Source: Octopus sinensis
Taxonomy: Eukaryota
NCBI RefSeq assembly: GCF_006345805.1
Contig: NC_043015.1
Span: 39,928,001 to 39,992,000 of the forward strand
DNA: 64,000 bases
Direction of reading: 5' to 3'
Part shown: positions 39,575 through 53,676 of the stretch, piece after piece
Layout of the letters: every line of letters starts with the position of its first letter
Numbering within the stretch: position 1 is the stretch's first letter
Program-made: the position numbers and the translations under genes
Notes under the pieces: model-generated
Database searches by the model: none
What the model was told of the DNA's origin: nothing
The model's input: only the letters and a program-made list of their open reading frames with translations

Positions 39575-40629
39575 GAGAGAGAGGGGGGGGGAGGGAGAGA
39601 AAGAGCAGCATTTAACATCTACTTGTGCATGTGTGTACATAAACATAACATGTGGAATATATCTACATGAACTCACATTTAACTTTCATTTCCTGTCTAA
39701 CCAAATTAACTTCTAACATAATATTACAAAATTGCTTCTAGTTTTCTGTTTTTGCTGTGTTATATATATTTTCTATGCTAATATGTGCAAGGCCAATTTA
39801 CATAAATTTGCATACAGTTGGGAGTATTGACACAGCTAATTTTTCTATTGCTAAACTATTACGCTATAAAGTAGTTGAACTTGTTTGTCAGCCATGCAGA
39901 CTGGGGTAGATAGATAGATAGATATCAGCAGTGTTTGTTAAGCTTGCTCGAACAATACAAAAACTGCAGCGACAAGGTTTGAACTCACAATCATATGGTT
40001 CACACCTTAAATCTCACTGCTGTTCTGATGCTTCAACAGACGTGTGGCAAAATCGAATTGCAGAAACGAATCAGAAAAAGACGTGTCATTTAAGAACATG
40101 CAATATCCCATGGATTACAGTGTAATATCCCGATATGATCTCTTAACACTGCATCTAAGACAAAATCAATTATACGTATTATTATTACCGGCAAGGCAGT
40201 AATCTTTGACGAGGCTTTTATTCTTAGAATATTGGAGATTAGTGGCTGGCTTAAATAATATTCCGTTAACATCAGATACAAGAATTTGGACAAATGGCAA
40301 TCATTAACGGTAAAACAAGGAAATGGTCAGTTAGTGTGGTCGATCAATGTTCTGGAATTAAACAGATGGAATTGGTATTATGGAAATATAACACTCTTGC
40401 AATAATCTTCAGCATTTAGATTAGATTAACAACAATACGCTTATTAATTTTTCACTAATCCTAATTTTTATTGCATGCTTTCACTGCAATTACTGAGTGC
40501 AGTTCTGTGCACTCTGGTGCAGTGTTTTGTCATGACTGTTGCACTGATGGTGCTCTATGCAAAATCTGAAAGCTACTTAGGGGTGTCAGTTTCTGTGATA
40601 TGTGGTCATTTTTCTTTTTTTTTTTGCTT

Positions 40630-40870
40630 TATTTTTTTAATCATTCCCAAAGTACCAGTTATTATTTGAGGGACTGTTTCTTGCTTCAGTCTCTACATTC
40701 TGTTATCTCCATCTCCAGATCTTTGTATTTCTACTTTCCAAAATTCGTCATCACTTGCCAGGGCTGGTACTCTGATGAGGAGGCATTTCTTCTCCTGGCA
40801 TCCTTGATAGCAATGTCGGACAAATTAGTCTAAAATTCACTATCTGTGCAAATTAGTATAACCCATAATA
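40630..40870 (-). pseudogene. Relic of the restriction-like endonuclease (REL) domain of a non-LTR retrotransposon (HERO/NeSL/R4-like)
   Basis: Frameshifted NLSDIAIKD / QEKKCLLI / KYKDLEMEIT / RM*RLKQETVPQIITGTLGMIKK matches RPDIVI.D....CLLID....K..KY.DL..EI.RMW.LK..TVP.IIGALG.IKK. Confidence 0.65.
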
Positions 40871-43836
40871 CAGTTACTTTCTCATTCTCTAAGACAGTTT
40901 GTGCATTTTTGTAATATAGTGTTCAGTGTTTATTCTATACTAGATAATGATATATGAGTTGTGTTTGGTAGTTACCAGGTTATGTGTTGTGTGTACAGCC
41001 ATCGTACCATTTTGAGTTGTGCTACTGAACAAAGGCTAACTTCGGATATGGGTTCTACCAAGCAGACCTATATTTTTTTAATGCATGCTATGAACATAAT
41101 CCCTGAGGATGGAGTTTGTTTTTTGCTTGGAGTAAAATATACGAAGCCCAGTAAACCCATGATGACTACCCGTCTGATAAGGCTACACTAGTCACATGCA
41201 TCACAACCATATGTGCGTGACATGGTGATCTCACATCAAGATAAACAGCACATGACTTTGAAGGTGGGGCCCAGTTAGAATTATCATCAGGTCCAGTAGC
41301 TCATCCCACTCAAACAGTCCCTGAATAAGGGTTGTTTAAGGATGTTGAACATAACAGCCATGTTTCCAAAGGTGAATTATCCAAACCCCAAATAATGGCT
41401 ATGATGCTCCCCTACTACTTCTGCTCGTGATCAGAGATTCACACATCGACAGCCACTAAGGGACATGCTCAACTGGTTAAGGTCAAACAACTGACAAGAA
41501 AATCTGTGGTATTGAGCAGAATATTTGCTGTAGCCCATCTTTTATTTATTTAGTATTATCATTATTATTTTAATTTTTTGTGATTATTGATCATTTGGAA
41601 ACTGAGGCACTTCACAGTTGAAGAATTAGGAGAGAAAGCCACCAGCATTAAATGTTTTTAACAGGAAGAATTAAGGGCTTCATTAGAATTCAATAGATAA
41701 TGAATCCAACTAATTCTTGCAATTCATCGATTTCAGACACTCCAAGACGCCAAATGGAAAACAGTCCATAAACGGTAATTCTTGAGACATTCGTTTTTCT
41801 CAGTTTGGTTGTTGTTGTTGTTGGTGGTGGTGGTGGTAAGATGACAGTGGCAGGAAATGGTATTGGTATTGTGTTACAGTAGTGGTGGTAATGATGGTTG
41901 TAGTTTGGCTGTTATTTCTAACAGATCAAGTGCCTGTAGCGAAGGGTGTCCTTCACAGGAATTAATGTTATTGGCGATGATGATGATGATGATGATGGTA
42001 GAGGTCATGGCCATGGTGGGGGTGGTGACTGTGATGGTGATGGTGTTGTATTGTTTTAGATAAACCGCAGGCTTTCCTAGGTAGACTGCAAACGTGCATG
42101 CACACGTGCAATCCATGCACAGGTGCATACATAGACAATTATACACACACACACACTTGTGCAACTGGACACTCACGCATACAAAGACAGATACACATTT
42201 GTAAACAAAAACAAATAAAAACAGAAAACCTCCACCCCCACCCACCCCATGAGGTGGGGAACAGGGACAGGTGATATCAATTGCAGTTACTTGGGTACCA
42301 GATAAGTAGACCAATAAATATATCTTGATGGTGGTGGTGGTGGTAGGATAGTGGTTGTGATGGTCTCAGTATAGGTGGTAGTAGCGATGGTAAGGGTGGT
42401 GGTGGTGAAAACATTTGTGTATGTGTGTGTACATTAGAGCATGTATGTGAATGTGCTACAAAGTGTGTGTGTGTGTGTGTTTTATGTCATATGAGTGTGT
42501 TACAATAAGTGTGTGAATGTGTATGTCTAAGCATGCATGAATGAATGTGTGTATGTGCAGATTAGAGATAGAGTGTGTGTGTGTGTGTTGGAGAAGAAGG
42601 AAAAAACTATTTTATTTACTCAGAAATGTCGATGTTACACATACATATAAATATATATATATATACATATACACACATTATATACATATATACATATGTG
42701 TATATATATAGACATACATATATATACACACAAACACACAGAGAGAGTTTTAGATAAGAGGGTAGGAATAAGCATTTAATTGGGTACATACCTGACTAAT
42801 CCCTTTAGAAATATGATTGTTTAATGAGAGAGAGAGACAAACAGAGAGAGAGAGAGGACTGAATGTGTTCATATCTCCAGAGATTGATATTTAGAAATAG
42901 AAATTAAAATATGCAAAGCATGTTTGCTTAAGATATATATATATATAGACACGTATATACATCGACCATGTTCGGATGGTGCCTTTTATGTGCCACCGGC
43001 ACAGGGAGCCAGTCAGGCGGCACTCGCAACGACCTATGCATGGATTGTGCTTATTGCAAGTCACTAGTACGAGAGCCAGTCAGGTGGTACTGGCATCGGC
43101 CACAACTACAATTTCCATTTGATCATGATTTGATTTTCGATTTTACTTGACACAATAAGTCTCCTCAAACGTGGTGCGTCGCCCGATGATTCGAGGCTAC
43201 TTTTTAAACGGGCTGGTTATGCGACACTAGTATAGGCTACGTATGGATGTACACACATGTAGCCTATACTTAGGCTGTGTGTAGGCACGTACCTGTGTGC
43301 ATGAATATACTGTACTAGTGGTTACAGGTTAGTGTTGCACTCACAAGATCCACGAGTTCAATTCCTGAGCCAGGTAGTGCATGGTGTTCATGTTGCTCTG
43401 CGATCATTTTTGACATCTGAAATGGGGTACACTTGGGCACTCGTCACCCAATATCGATTTGATTCAGGGATCACTATAAACAAACTGTATAAATTCCCCT
43501 TCTGGACGGAACGCCGGTCCTTTGCAGAGTTATTTATTTTTGCTGGCTGAGTGGACTGGAGCAACATGAAATGAAGTGTTTTGCTTAAGAAAACAATGCA
43601 TCACCTGGTTCAGGGATTGAAACCACAATCTTATGATCATGAGTCCAACACCCTAACCACTAACCCACATTGACTAGGTATGGATGGAGAAGTATTTGGG
43701 AGGGGAGATGGCTTCATGCCAAGTGTTAGGGCACAGGTGTCTTCCTATAGAGGAGATGCAGAGCTGCCCTACATATAAAGGTGAGTACACACACACACAC
43801 CCGGTCGTGCCTTGGGAGGGTCATTATCCCAATAAT

Positions 43837-44134
43837 GATAATAAACACATGCACTGTTTCAATACCACTTCTTTATTGTTAGTCAATCATTTAGACATTT
43901 AACCAACTAATCCATCATTTGTTTAATGTGTTGGTTAAACAGTCAATCAATTGTTTGTTCTGCCACAAGGTAAGTCAGCGATGAGGTTACATGTAGCAAT
44001 GAAAGGATGTTGACTAACAACCAATTGATCAATTAACCAACATATAAAACAATCGATTAGTTAGCTGCTTAAATATCTAACCAATTGACTGACAATAAAG
44101 AAGTGGTATTGAACTAGTGCATGTGTTTATTATT
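43837..44134. repeat. Diverged foldback inverted repeat (~120-bp arms)
   Basis: ATAATAAACACATGCACT..CAATACCACTTCTTTATTG... recurs as its reverse complement ending at 44134. Confidence 0.75.
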
Positions 44135-47100
44135 GGCATGATGACCCTGCCAAGACAACAACATTTGCTTCAACACACAAATTCACATCAAGGTTCAGTC
44201 CCACTCCAGTTCACCTTGGGTGTGTTTTTTTCTGAATAATAATACCATGTGAGAAAGGAAATATGATAGATGGAAACTGTGTAAAGCTCATCATATCTGT
44301 GCTTGTTCACGTGTTATTTTATTGACCCAGGAAAGATGGCAGCCCAAGATTTCAACTCAGAATTTTAAGACATGGAACAAATAACTCAAGACATCATTTT
44401 TACATCTGCTACATCAGGAAGGAAAGATTCAACTCGTACCCTTTTTTTGTTTGGGTGAATGTATAATTGGGGCAGTGTTCTATAACCAGATGACCCTTTC
44501 AATTACTAATCTTTAATTGTTTTGTTTAAGGAGTCCCTCATGTCACATGTCTTTGAAGGCACAAACAGAGGAGAGGACAACATCACAGCTTGTCATAATC
44601 ATCATCATCGTTTAATGTCCATTTTCCATGCTGGCATAGGTTGGATGGTTTGTCTGGGGACTGGCAAGCCAGGAGGCTGCACCATACTCCAATCTGATCT
44701 GGCAATGTTTCTATAGCTAGATGCCTTTCCTAATGCCAACCATTCTGAGAGTGTAGTGGGTGCTTTTTACATGCCACCAGCATGGGAACTAGTCAGGCAG
44801 CACTGGCATCGGCCATATTCAAAGAGGTACTCAATATTTGGAAAGGTGTACCATGGGTGTTAGTTATTTCAGTCACTGAACAGTAGCCATACTGGAGCAT
44901 CACTTTGAAAGGTTTTAGCTGTTTTCAATATATCTATCTATCTATATACATATATATGTGTGTGTGTGTGTGTATCTATCTGTCCATCTATATATATACC
45001 TCTGGAAATATATACACACATAAATATACATGCAGACAAACCCACATACAAATGTGTGTGTTGGTGTGTGTGTGTGTGAATATATATTCCCCAGTGACAT
45101 CCCAGGAACAGTGAATGGGCATCAGAGAAAATTCTCAAAAAATAATGATTATAAAAATGTAGAGGATTAGAGGATGTTGGTGGAGGGGGGCAGGGGGCAG
45201 AGAGGGGGAAAAAGACAGACAGGAAGGAGGGAGGGTGGGAGGAACAAGTATGAAGTGGTTGATTACTTTGGTAAACTGTAAATAGCAAAATACTAGTGTG
45301 TGTCCCAGAGGAAACTAGAGGTAGTTTTTATTGGCAACAGATCTAGGTCATTGCTGCTGGATATGTATATACGTGTGTATGTGCGTATGTGAGCGTGTGT
45401 GTGCCTATATATATATATATTATATATATGCACATATTTATAGACAGACAGAGTATTATATGGGTGTGTGAGTGAGTCAGTGTAATGATATGGGATTTAT
45501 GAATTTGACACCTCGATGAACAGTTGAGTTCAGCTTTGGAAAATCCAATCTTTCCATGATTCACAAGGGTCTTTCTGAAGGGGAACCAGAGATGTGGTTG
45601 TTACAGAGATCTGAGGGATGCCCCCTCACCCTGACTTGATGGTTAGATGGACGTGAGACACCTCACTCTCCCTTACTAAATCGTTGCATAATACAGACCA
45701 AAAATGTGGTTGTCACATGGACACAAGACTCAGCACCCGGCCCCTCAGCAAGATGCCATTCTATCAGACCTAAACTATTAATGATACTCAGAGTAGATCT
45801 TGAGACTCTTCTTTTATACAAATTCATTCATTTCATTGTTCGACCGTGGTTGAGACAATGGAATTTACCATGCTACGCCAGACTTCACAGTCCATCATAG
45901 CATTACGGAGGTCTTGTTGCTGGATGCCTGTATCCCTGGAGATTACATCAGGGTAGGAGAGTGTGTGCCCTCTAGTATCGCAGGCAGATGGCTTCCAGAG
46001 GAGTAGAAATTACCTCGTTTTCAGCTCTACAACAATGTCCAAGTTATTTTGCCCCAGTTCCAAATAACGACCACTTCACAGAGTGTACCAGGTGCTTTTT
46101 ACGTGGTACCAGCACCCTAGTGACAAACATGATCCCTTAAATTTGGGTTTTCCTTCTGGAAACTGACAATTTGGCAGATCCTTCTGGGTAGGACACCACT
46201 ACACATCAGAGGAACTTCCCATGTGTATATCTGGAACCAACTTTAACCACATCTAAGACTATGTAATTCCAAGGGCTAGAATTCAATGTCACAGAGATAC
46301 AGAAAAGCGCCGTCAGTTTGATTAGAAATCACAACTTGAGGGTTGGTAGTTTGATTCTTTACCTACATGACCAATTCTCCAAAATATCAAAAATACAGAC
46401 AGATCAACTTCAGATTTTGAAGAATTTGGCTGACACCGGCAACGTGAATCTTAAAAACCACCATCAATGTCCTACCATCCAACCAGCCAGCCAACCACAT
46501 AACAGACGAAACATTAAACAATTAAAAAATTAATTAGTTAAAACTTTTACCATCCAACTCGAATGGAACCCATTTCCTCTGCTACAGAATCTGATATTAT
46601 TCCAGCCACCCCAACCTTACCATAACCAAAATGTCCAAAGACTAAATTCTTCAGTGAAAACCACTTCACTTTGACTCATGGTGGAAGAGGTGGAGGTGGT
46701 TGGGGCCCTGCGTGGAATGAATTCTTTAAGTTGGTTTAAAAGGGGAGGTGATGAGAGGTATACAGGAGTAGTGGGGTGGTGGGTGGTGGTGAAGGGACTA
46801 AGATTTCTACATTTGGCTTTCGATTAATTATTAAGATTTCATTAACGCAGTCCAGCTGCTGGAGACTTTGTGTTTGGAGTTCACTTGCACCCAGTAATTC
46901 CCCTCCAGGGTCCCTCTTTAAGTGCAGTCTGTGTGAAAACACATTTTTCCAGCCACAATTTGCAAGTGAGAGGTGTCAACCACCAGTCTAGCAGTAAGGG
47001 GAGGGCAGGAGTGGTTGGTGGTGGAGGTTGGTGGTGGGCTTAAAAACTTGAGGAAGGGGATTAGGTATGGGTGAATGGTTGAGGGTCAGAATCAGATAGG

Positions 47101-47512
47101 GTGGTGGTGGTGGTGGAGTGAAGAGGTGAAATATAATAATGGGGGAGGGGGTTAAACTATTAGCAGAAGTCTGCGTAGGAGCGACAAACAGGAATTGGAA
47201 TGGGGTGCATATGACTGGGGGTGGGGGGGGTGTTGTTGGAGGTTGGGTTGCATTGATTATGGCCAAAAGCTGGGATTTGCACTCAAAACTGTAAAGGTTA
47301 ACGAAATACTTAAAGTCAGATGTGCAGCAGAGGGGAGAATGGAACCTGTTGTACTTGGTTTGTTGTACTCTAGTTCAAACCAAGTACACATATGGAAGAA
47401 CGTTCCCAGCTTAAAAGCAATTTCTCTCTTGGAATACCCAGACGTTACTCCATAATCAGGGTACATTTTTGAAACCTTAGTTGTCACACACATGTACATT
47501 TATATGTATAAA

Positions 47513-47899
47513 AATGGATGGAAGCACTCCGTCGGTTACGACGATGAGGGTTCCTGTTGATCCGAATCAACGGAACAGCCTGCTCGTGAAATTAACGTGT
47601 AAGTGGCAGAGCACTCCACAGACACGTGCACCCTTAACGTAGTTCTTGGGGATATTCAGCATGACACAGAGAGTGACAAGGCCGGACCCTTGAAATACAG
47701 GTACAACAGAAGCAGGAAGTAAGAGTGAGAGAAAGTTGTGGTGAAAGAGTACAGCAGGGATCACCACCACACCCTGCCGGAGCCTCGTGGAGCTTTAGGT
47801 GTTTTCGCTCAATAAACACAACGCCCGGTCTGGGAATTGAAACCGCGATCCTATGACCGCGAGTCCGCTGCCCTAACCACTGGGCCATTGCGCCTCCAC
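47513..47899 (-). mobile_element. tRNA-derived SINE family D
   Basis: Head GGAGGCGCAATGGCCCAGTGGTTAGGGCAGCGGACTCGCGGTCATAGGATCGCGGTTTCAATTCCCAG with A/B boxes; older homolog at 55588-55902(+). Confidence 0.75.
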
Positions 47900-48123
47900 A
47901 TGTATAAAAACCCATGCATGCATAATGTAAAACCCTCGATTCAATAGCACTGTGTACACACTCTACACTTGGAATGACCAATTTTAAATACTATTGGAAT
48001 TTACTCACAAGGTATTGGAATCTTATATGTATACCATTCTTGGGCAAGTGTCTTCTGCTATAGCCCCGGGCCGACCAATGCCTTGAGTGGATTTGGTAGA
48101 CGGAAACTGAAAGAAGCCTGTCG

Positions 48124-48156
<33 letters not shown>

Positions 48157-48538
48157 TATATATATATGTATGTATATGTGTGTGTGTTTGTGTGTCTGTG
48201 TTTGTCCCCCTAGCATTGCTTGACAACCGATGCTGGTGTGTTTACGTCCCCGTCACTTAGCGGTTCGGCAAAAAGAGACCGATAGAATAAGTACTGGGCT
48301 TACAAAGGATAAGTCCCGGGGTCGAATTGCTCGACTAAAGGTGGTGCTCCAGCATGGCCGCAGTCAAATGACTGAAACAAGTAAGTAAAAAGAGAAAAAG
48401 AGAGATACCATTCTGCATAAATAATGGATCTGCATATGCAATATCCCTGCATATCTCACATCTATTTTCATTCTTCCACTTCACTCTCTATTTCATATCG
48501 TATCTAAATAAACTATTGCTTAACCCTTTTCTCACACC

Positions 48539-48590
48539 GTCTCCGATGAGATGAAGGGATATAATAAATATCTGGAAACAGTTGTAAGAC
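48539..48590 (+). ncRNA. Degenerate HHR-like motif (U4C core, GATGA duplication)
   Basis: GUCU CCGAUGA GAUGAAG GGAUAU AAUAA AUAUCU G GAA ACAGUUGU A AGAC; stem I GUCU:AGAC. Confidence 0.45.
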
Positions 48591-48845
48591 CTTCTATTTA
48601 TAAATGTTTATAAAATCTTCACAGCCTTGCTTTTTTTTTTTTTTTATCTCATTCTGAAAAAAAAATTGTTTATATATACACACGCTGATATATGACCTAC
48701 ATTGGACTCCTTATTCGCATAATCACCGAACCTAGAACTTAACTATGGTCTATCCATAGCACTTACTCAGCATTACCTGACACTTTTGGGTCTTATTGAC
48801 ACCATTACCTCTCATAACCTCTCTCTCTCTCTCTCTCTCTGTATG

Positions 48846-48879
<34 letters not shown>

Positions 48880-48882
48880 CGA

Positions 48883-49160
48883 TAAGAAAATGGAGGAAAA
48901 ACAACGATGTGTCTTTGGCGCTAAAAAGCCATTATTTAATTATTTAAGCCAGGTGAGGGTTAGAGTGACTTTACAGCTGTTTCTGTGTACCATGTTGAGG
49001 TAAATATGTATTTACCTCGTTGCAAATGATATTTATCTCAACACGGTACACAGAAACAGCTGTAAAGTCACTCTTACTCTCACCTTGCTTAACAAATTAA
49101 ATAATGGCTTTTTAGCACCAAAGACACACTTCTCATTGTTATTTTTCCTCCATTTTCTTA
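48883..49160. repeat. Foldback inverted repeat (~125-bp arms)
   Basis: 48883-49007 pairs with 49029-49160. Confidence 0.9.
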
Positions 49161-49612
49161 CTGTCTATATATACATTGAACTAAGGTTTACCTTGCAAAT
49201 TACCTGCAGCCATATACCTTATACCAAGGACCATACTTACTGAGGTAATTACCAGGAGTGCCTTTGGATACATCTATCCCTTAGAGGGTTTAAACACCTC
49301 TAACTTATACATTATTATTATTATTATTATTATTAAGGCGGTGAGCTGGCAGAATCTTTAGGCAAAAAGATGATAGAAAAATTATTATGAACGCTAGGAA
49401 GACGAACTTATGAGAGGAGACAGGTATAAGCATGTATTGTCTTTAGGAAGGAAATGGGCAGAAAGATAGATTTCCTTTCGTCACGAGTCAGCGATGAGGG
49501 AGTCGAGGAGGAGGAGTGAGAGAGAGGGAATGGTGAAGAGGAGAGGAGAAGAATAGGGAAGGGTGAGAGAGAAAACCAGAAAGGGTGAAGAACAAGAGAG
49601 GGAGAGTGATAG

Positions 49613-49645
<33 letters not shown>

Positions 49646-52062
49646 CACACACACACATGATGAGCTTCTTTCAGTTTCTGTCTACTAAATCCACTCACAA
49701 GTCTTTGTTTGGCCCAAGGCTATATAAAAGGCTATAAAAAAAGTTTGTATTGAGATGAGAATTCCAAGTGGTAAAATAAGGGAAAAAAGTTTTAAATTCT
49801 CCAAAGTTGAAGCAGAGGTGTGCTATGCCAGGTGATCTGACCATTAGCATCCAGTGGAGAAGGGTAGGAGGCTAGGATTCGAAAACCCCAAAAGAAAACA
49901 AGCTGACTCCAGTGTGATTGGAAGATTTGGTAAATTATTAAAGAAATGGTGCCAGTGAAGAATTCAAAGAGAGAGGAGCAGGGAGAGGAAGGAGAGGAAG
50001 AGATGTATTGAAGGAGAGTAATTGTAGAAAGCTGAGTAAAGACAGTAAGATATGTTAGAGAGAGAGAGGGGGGAAGGGGGAGGAAAGGGGAGAAGGGTGA
50101 GAAGAGTATTTTTGGCAGGTTTTAAAAATTTTATATAATTTGTTGTTTAGCCACATGTAAGCACTGAATCAGCAGACCTGTGATCAAAAGAATTCCAACC
50201 ACGACCACCTCTTATTTCAAGCAGTGTATTTTGGATTATATTATCCAATGTATCCTCCTTATTTTAATACAGAATCGTATGATTTTAGGGAGATTAAGCT
50301 GTTATTTCTAGCAGATGGAATGACCAAGTGCAGGCACCCACATTGCTCTTCTGTGCGTGTGTGTGTGTGTTGGTTTTAACCCCCCACTAGACCATTACTG
50401 AAGAATTTTATCCCCCAGAGTTAATCATATATCATAATAAATGAACTTCAACATGGTAAATGCCAGCACCAACATTTGACCTCTTGACCTTTCAAACATT
50501 TTATTGCTCTTCCTTAATTACAACCACTAATTACATTTCAAAGAAACACTAATCTTTTCACCTTATCGATTTTTAGATAAAAATTGAAGATCATATACAC
50601 ACCCACCCACACATACACTGACATACATACTGGCATAGACTCACATGATGTGAGCTGCAGGGGGGAGATGAGATTATGTGACATTCATGCCTTTCTCACA
50701 GGCAATTTTTTGAAGATGTAAATGAAGCGAGATATCAGCAACCGGGATGCAAACTTAAAAATTCCTAGGTGCTTACTCAAGGGATCAGATTTGGATGTGA
50801 GAAATGAAGTGAAATTGAGGACATGGCTCTTCATGTTCTGGGTTCAAATCTTACCAAGCCCCACTTTATAGTATAGGCACAGGAGTGGTGGTGTGTCTTT
50901 ACGTCTGTTCGGCACCCCACCTCACCATGCCTGACAACCGATGTTGGTGTGTTCACAGCTCTGTAACTTAGCAGTTCGACAAAAGAGACCGATAGAATAA
51001 GTACTAGGCTTACAAAGTACAACTTCTGGGGTCGATTTGTTCGACTATAGGTGGTGCTCCAGCATGGTGACAGTCAAATGACTGAAACAAGTAAAAGAAT
51101 AAAAGAATATATATATTTATGACAGACTAAGGTAGATTTAGCTATAATCATCATACATTGTTTAACGTCCACTTTCCATGCAGGCATGGGTTGGACGGTT
51201 TGACAGAGTGCTGGCAAGCCAAAAGGCTGCACCAGGCCCCAATCTGATCTGGCAAGGTTTATACAGCTAGATGTCCTTCCTAACGCCAACCACTCTGAGA
51301 CTGTAGTGGTGCTTTTTACGTGCCACCAGCTATCTTGATACATTCTTGATAAGAATGAAATGAAATGATAAGAGATTAAGTGAGATGCATGCCTTTCTTT
51401 TGAAAGATCCAGTGATGCGTGAAACTAGATTGAGTCTAATGATATTTGATATAATCTTTTAAAATATTCTTATTTCCTTCCTGTTCAGGGGATTAACAAA
51501 AAACAACAAAAACAAAATATATATAAAAATAATTGAAATATTAATTAAAATTAAGTTTGTTGCTTGAATGACAATTATTTAATGAAAATGACGAGACCCA
51601 ATCGATAAACAGCAGCAGAGACGAGATGCGTGTTACAAAGTGCACTTTTATGTAAGCGACTGCTACATGTGCATGTGCAGTCAGGTGAAACACGGCAGAG
51701 AGAGCGGGAAGGAGAGGGGGAGGGGTGGAAGGGAGCTATTGTTAACTTTTCTTTCTTTTGTCTTGAACACAGGTAAGACGGTGTTAACGTTGCTTTTAAT
51801 ATACAGACTTATTGGGAGTATATTAATTAGAAATAGACACACAGACAGACACAGATATACATGGAAAGGAAGAGAGAGAGAGAGACGGATGGATGGTTGG
51901 ATGGATGGATTGTTGGGTAGAAAAGCTACAATAATTGAATATTTGTTAGCATAAAAATATTTCAGAATTTAATTATTTAAAGATGCCACTGCCTGAATAA
52001 AGAACAGCTAAGTGTTAAGTATACATATTGACTATCATATCTATCTATCTATCCATCTATTC

Positions 52063-52093
<31 letters not shown>

Positions 52094-52301
52094 TATATTT
52101 CAAGATTTCAACAATTAGTGGCTTGGAGTTTAACTGTTCTTTCTAGCGAGTCAGATATCCTATTTCTTGGGTATCTCTTATGTGTTTGAATGTACATTGT
52201 ATTCTTCTCTGAATAATGTATAGTCTAGTGACTAATTTTTTCCTTCTCGCTAGGCCACTGGTAACTTAAGAATTTTTGCGATAAATATTCTTGCTACCCT
52301 A

Positions 52302-52337
<36 letters not shown>

Positions 52338-52508
52338 TTCAGATCAATATGAATATGGTACTTAAGTTGAGGCACCAGAATTTAGTACGGTATTATCCAT
52401 ACAATTTCAAAAGAAGTTGATTAACATCAAAATAAGCAACAAAATAGCCAGAGGTAATGCAGTATGATTTGTACTGCATTACCTCTGGATATCCTAGTTG
52501 CTTATTTT

Positions 52509-52555
<47 letters not shown>

Positions 52556-52692
52556 ATATATACACACACAGGTTCTACCATATACCACCAAAGAATTTAC
52601 ACACGTCAAAATACATTAGACATATGTAGACCTGTGGGGATATAAGGTAGTGTGTATATATATATATATATGAAGGTTAATACTACACATGT

Positions 52693-52960
52693 AGAGAGGT
52701 TGCGAAGGCCTAGTGGTTAGGGTGTTGCACTCAGGGTTGTTAGATCTTGGGTTCGATTCCTGGACCAGGCAGCGTCTTGTGTTCTTGAGCAAAACCCTTC
52801 ATTTCACCAGTGTGCCAGTTCACTCACCTGTAAATGGGCCGTCCGATCGGGGAGAATGTCGGCCTGCTCACTTGACCAGTGGGATGGCATCGCTTGAAAG
52901 CTAAAACAATGCAAAGTGCATTGTGACCAGCGATGTATAACAACATCTGATAGTTTTGTC
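52693..52960 (+). mobile_element. tRNA-derived SINE
   Basis: A box GGCCTAGTGG and canonical B box GGTTCGATTCC, followed by a GTGTTCTTGAGCAAAAC block. Confidence 0.6.
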
Positions 52961-53461
52961 AATACCATGATATAGAGGGGTATATATTACGTATATATAT
53001 GATTAGTGATGCTGTATGATGTATACAGGTGTATTAATACTGTGTATATGTAGAAGACTATATCAGGTGTGTGTGAGGTCTGTGATGCCATACAGATGTG
53101 TGCATGAGAACTCAAGGGACACTGAGTGCAGCAGGGTTAAATGGTGAGGTTCCCTTCACAATAACAGGATTCCATCTTCAATCCACTACTTGGCACCTTT
53201 GGTCAGTCTTTTGCAATAGCCTTCGGTCATCTCAAACCTTGTGAATGAAAATGTGCAAACAGGACCCGTATGAGGGGCTATCGGTTGGGTTGCATGTGTA
53301 TTTCAAGGATCCAGCCATGCTACATATTGTATCTTGTTGATTCAACCCCAGAATTATGTTACGGGTACACCCTGTGTCTGTGGCATAGTCAACCACTGAC
53401 ATACAGACACTTCAGTTGGTGAAACAACTAGAAACTGAAGGAGACCCATCTCACTTAAGAT

Positions 53462-53676
53462 CAGGGGTTACCAACCGGTTGTTCCTGACACCCCTGGAGG
53501 TGGGGGTCGCAAAGCCTTGGCAGGGAGGTTGCCTAGCCTTGCTAGAAGTGGCTTGGGATAATAGTAATTTTAACTCATCAGTTACATTTTTTTATGCTCT
53601 ACTGATAGTTAGGGGTCATGTGGGTTTCAAACGTTTGGGGTAAGGGGCCGCAAGTGCAAAACGGTGGGAACCGCTG
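53462..53676. mobile_element. hAT (Charlie-like) MITE
   Basis: TIRs CAGGGGTTACCAACCG / CGGTGGGAACCGCTG; 8-bp TSD CTTAAGAT / CTTTAGAT with one mismatch. Confidence 0.65.

Noticed and set aside
40771-40805. CTGATGA-GGAG..CTCC (possible HHR)
   Set aside because: No GAAA; lies within the antisense of the REL relic.
43229-43270. 14-bp hairpin as a pre-miRNA
   Set aside because: Stem too short and no supporting evidence.
46551-46581. Possible phase-1 mini-exon QRKWVPFELD(G) resembling the end of glypican exon 1
   Set aside because: An in-frame TAG lies immediately upstream, there is no signal peptide or Cys motif, and the donor is weak.
46776-46991. FKCSLCENTF zinc-finger-like string
   Set aside because: Lacks the His pair and any splice or ORF context.
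49760-50050. Possible CR1/L2-group LINE linker relic (ITWH...FKTFF..F.WN) on the minus strand
   Set aside because: Too degenerate to support without a profile search.
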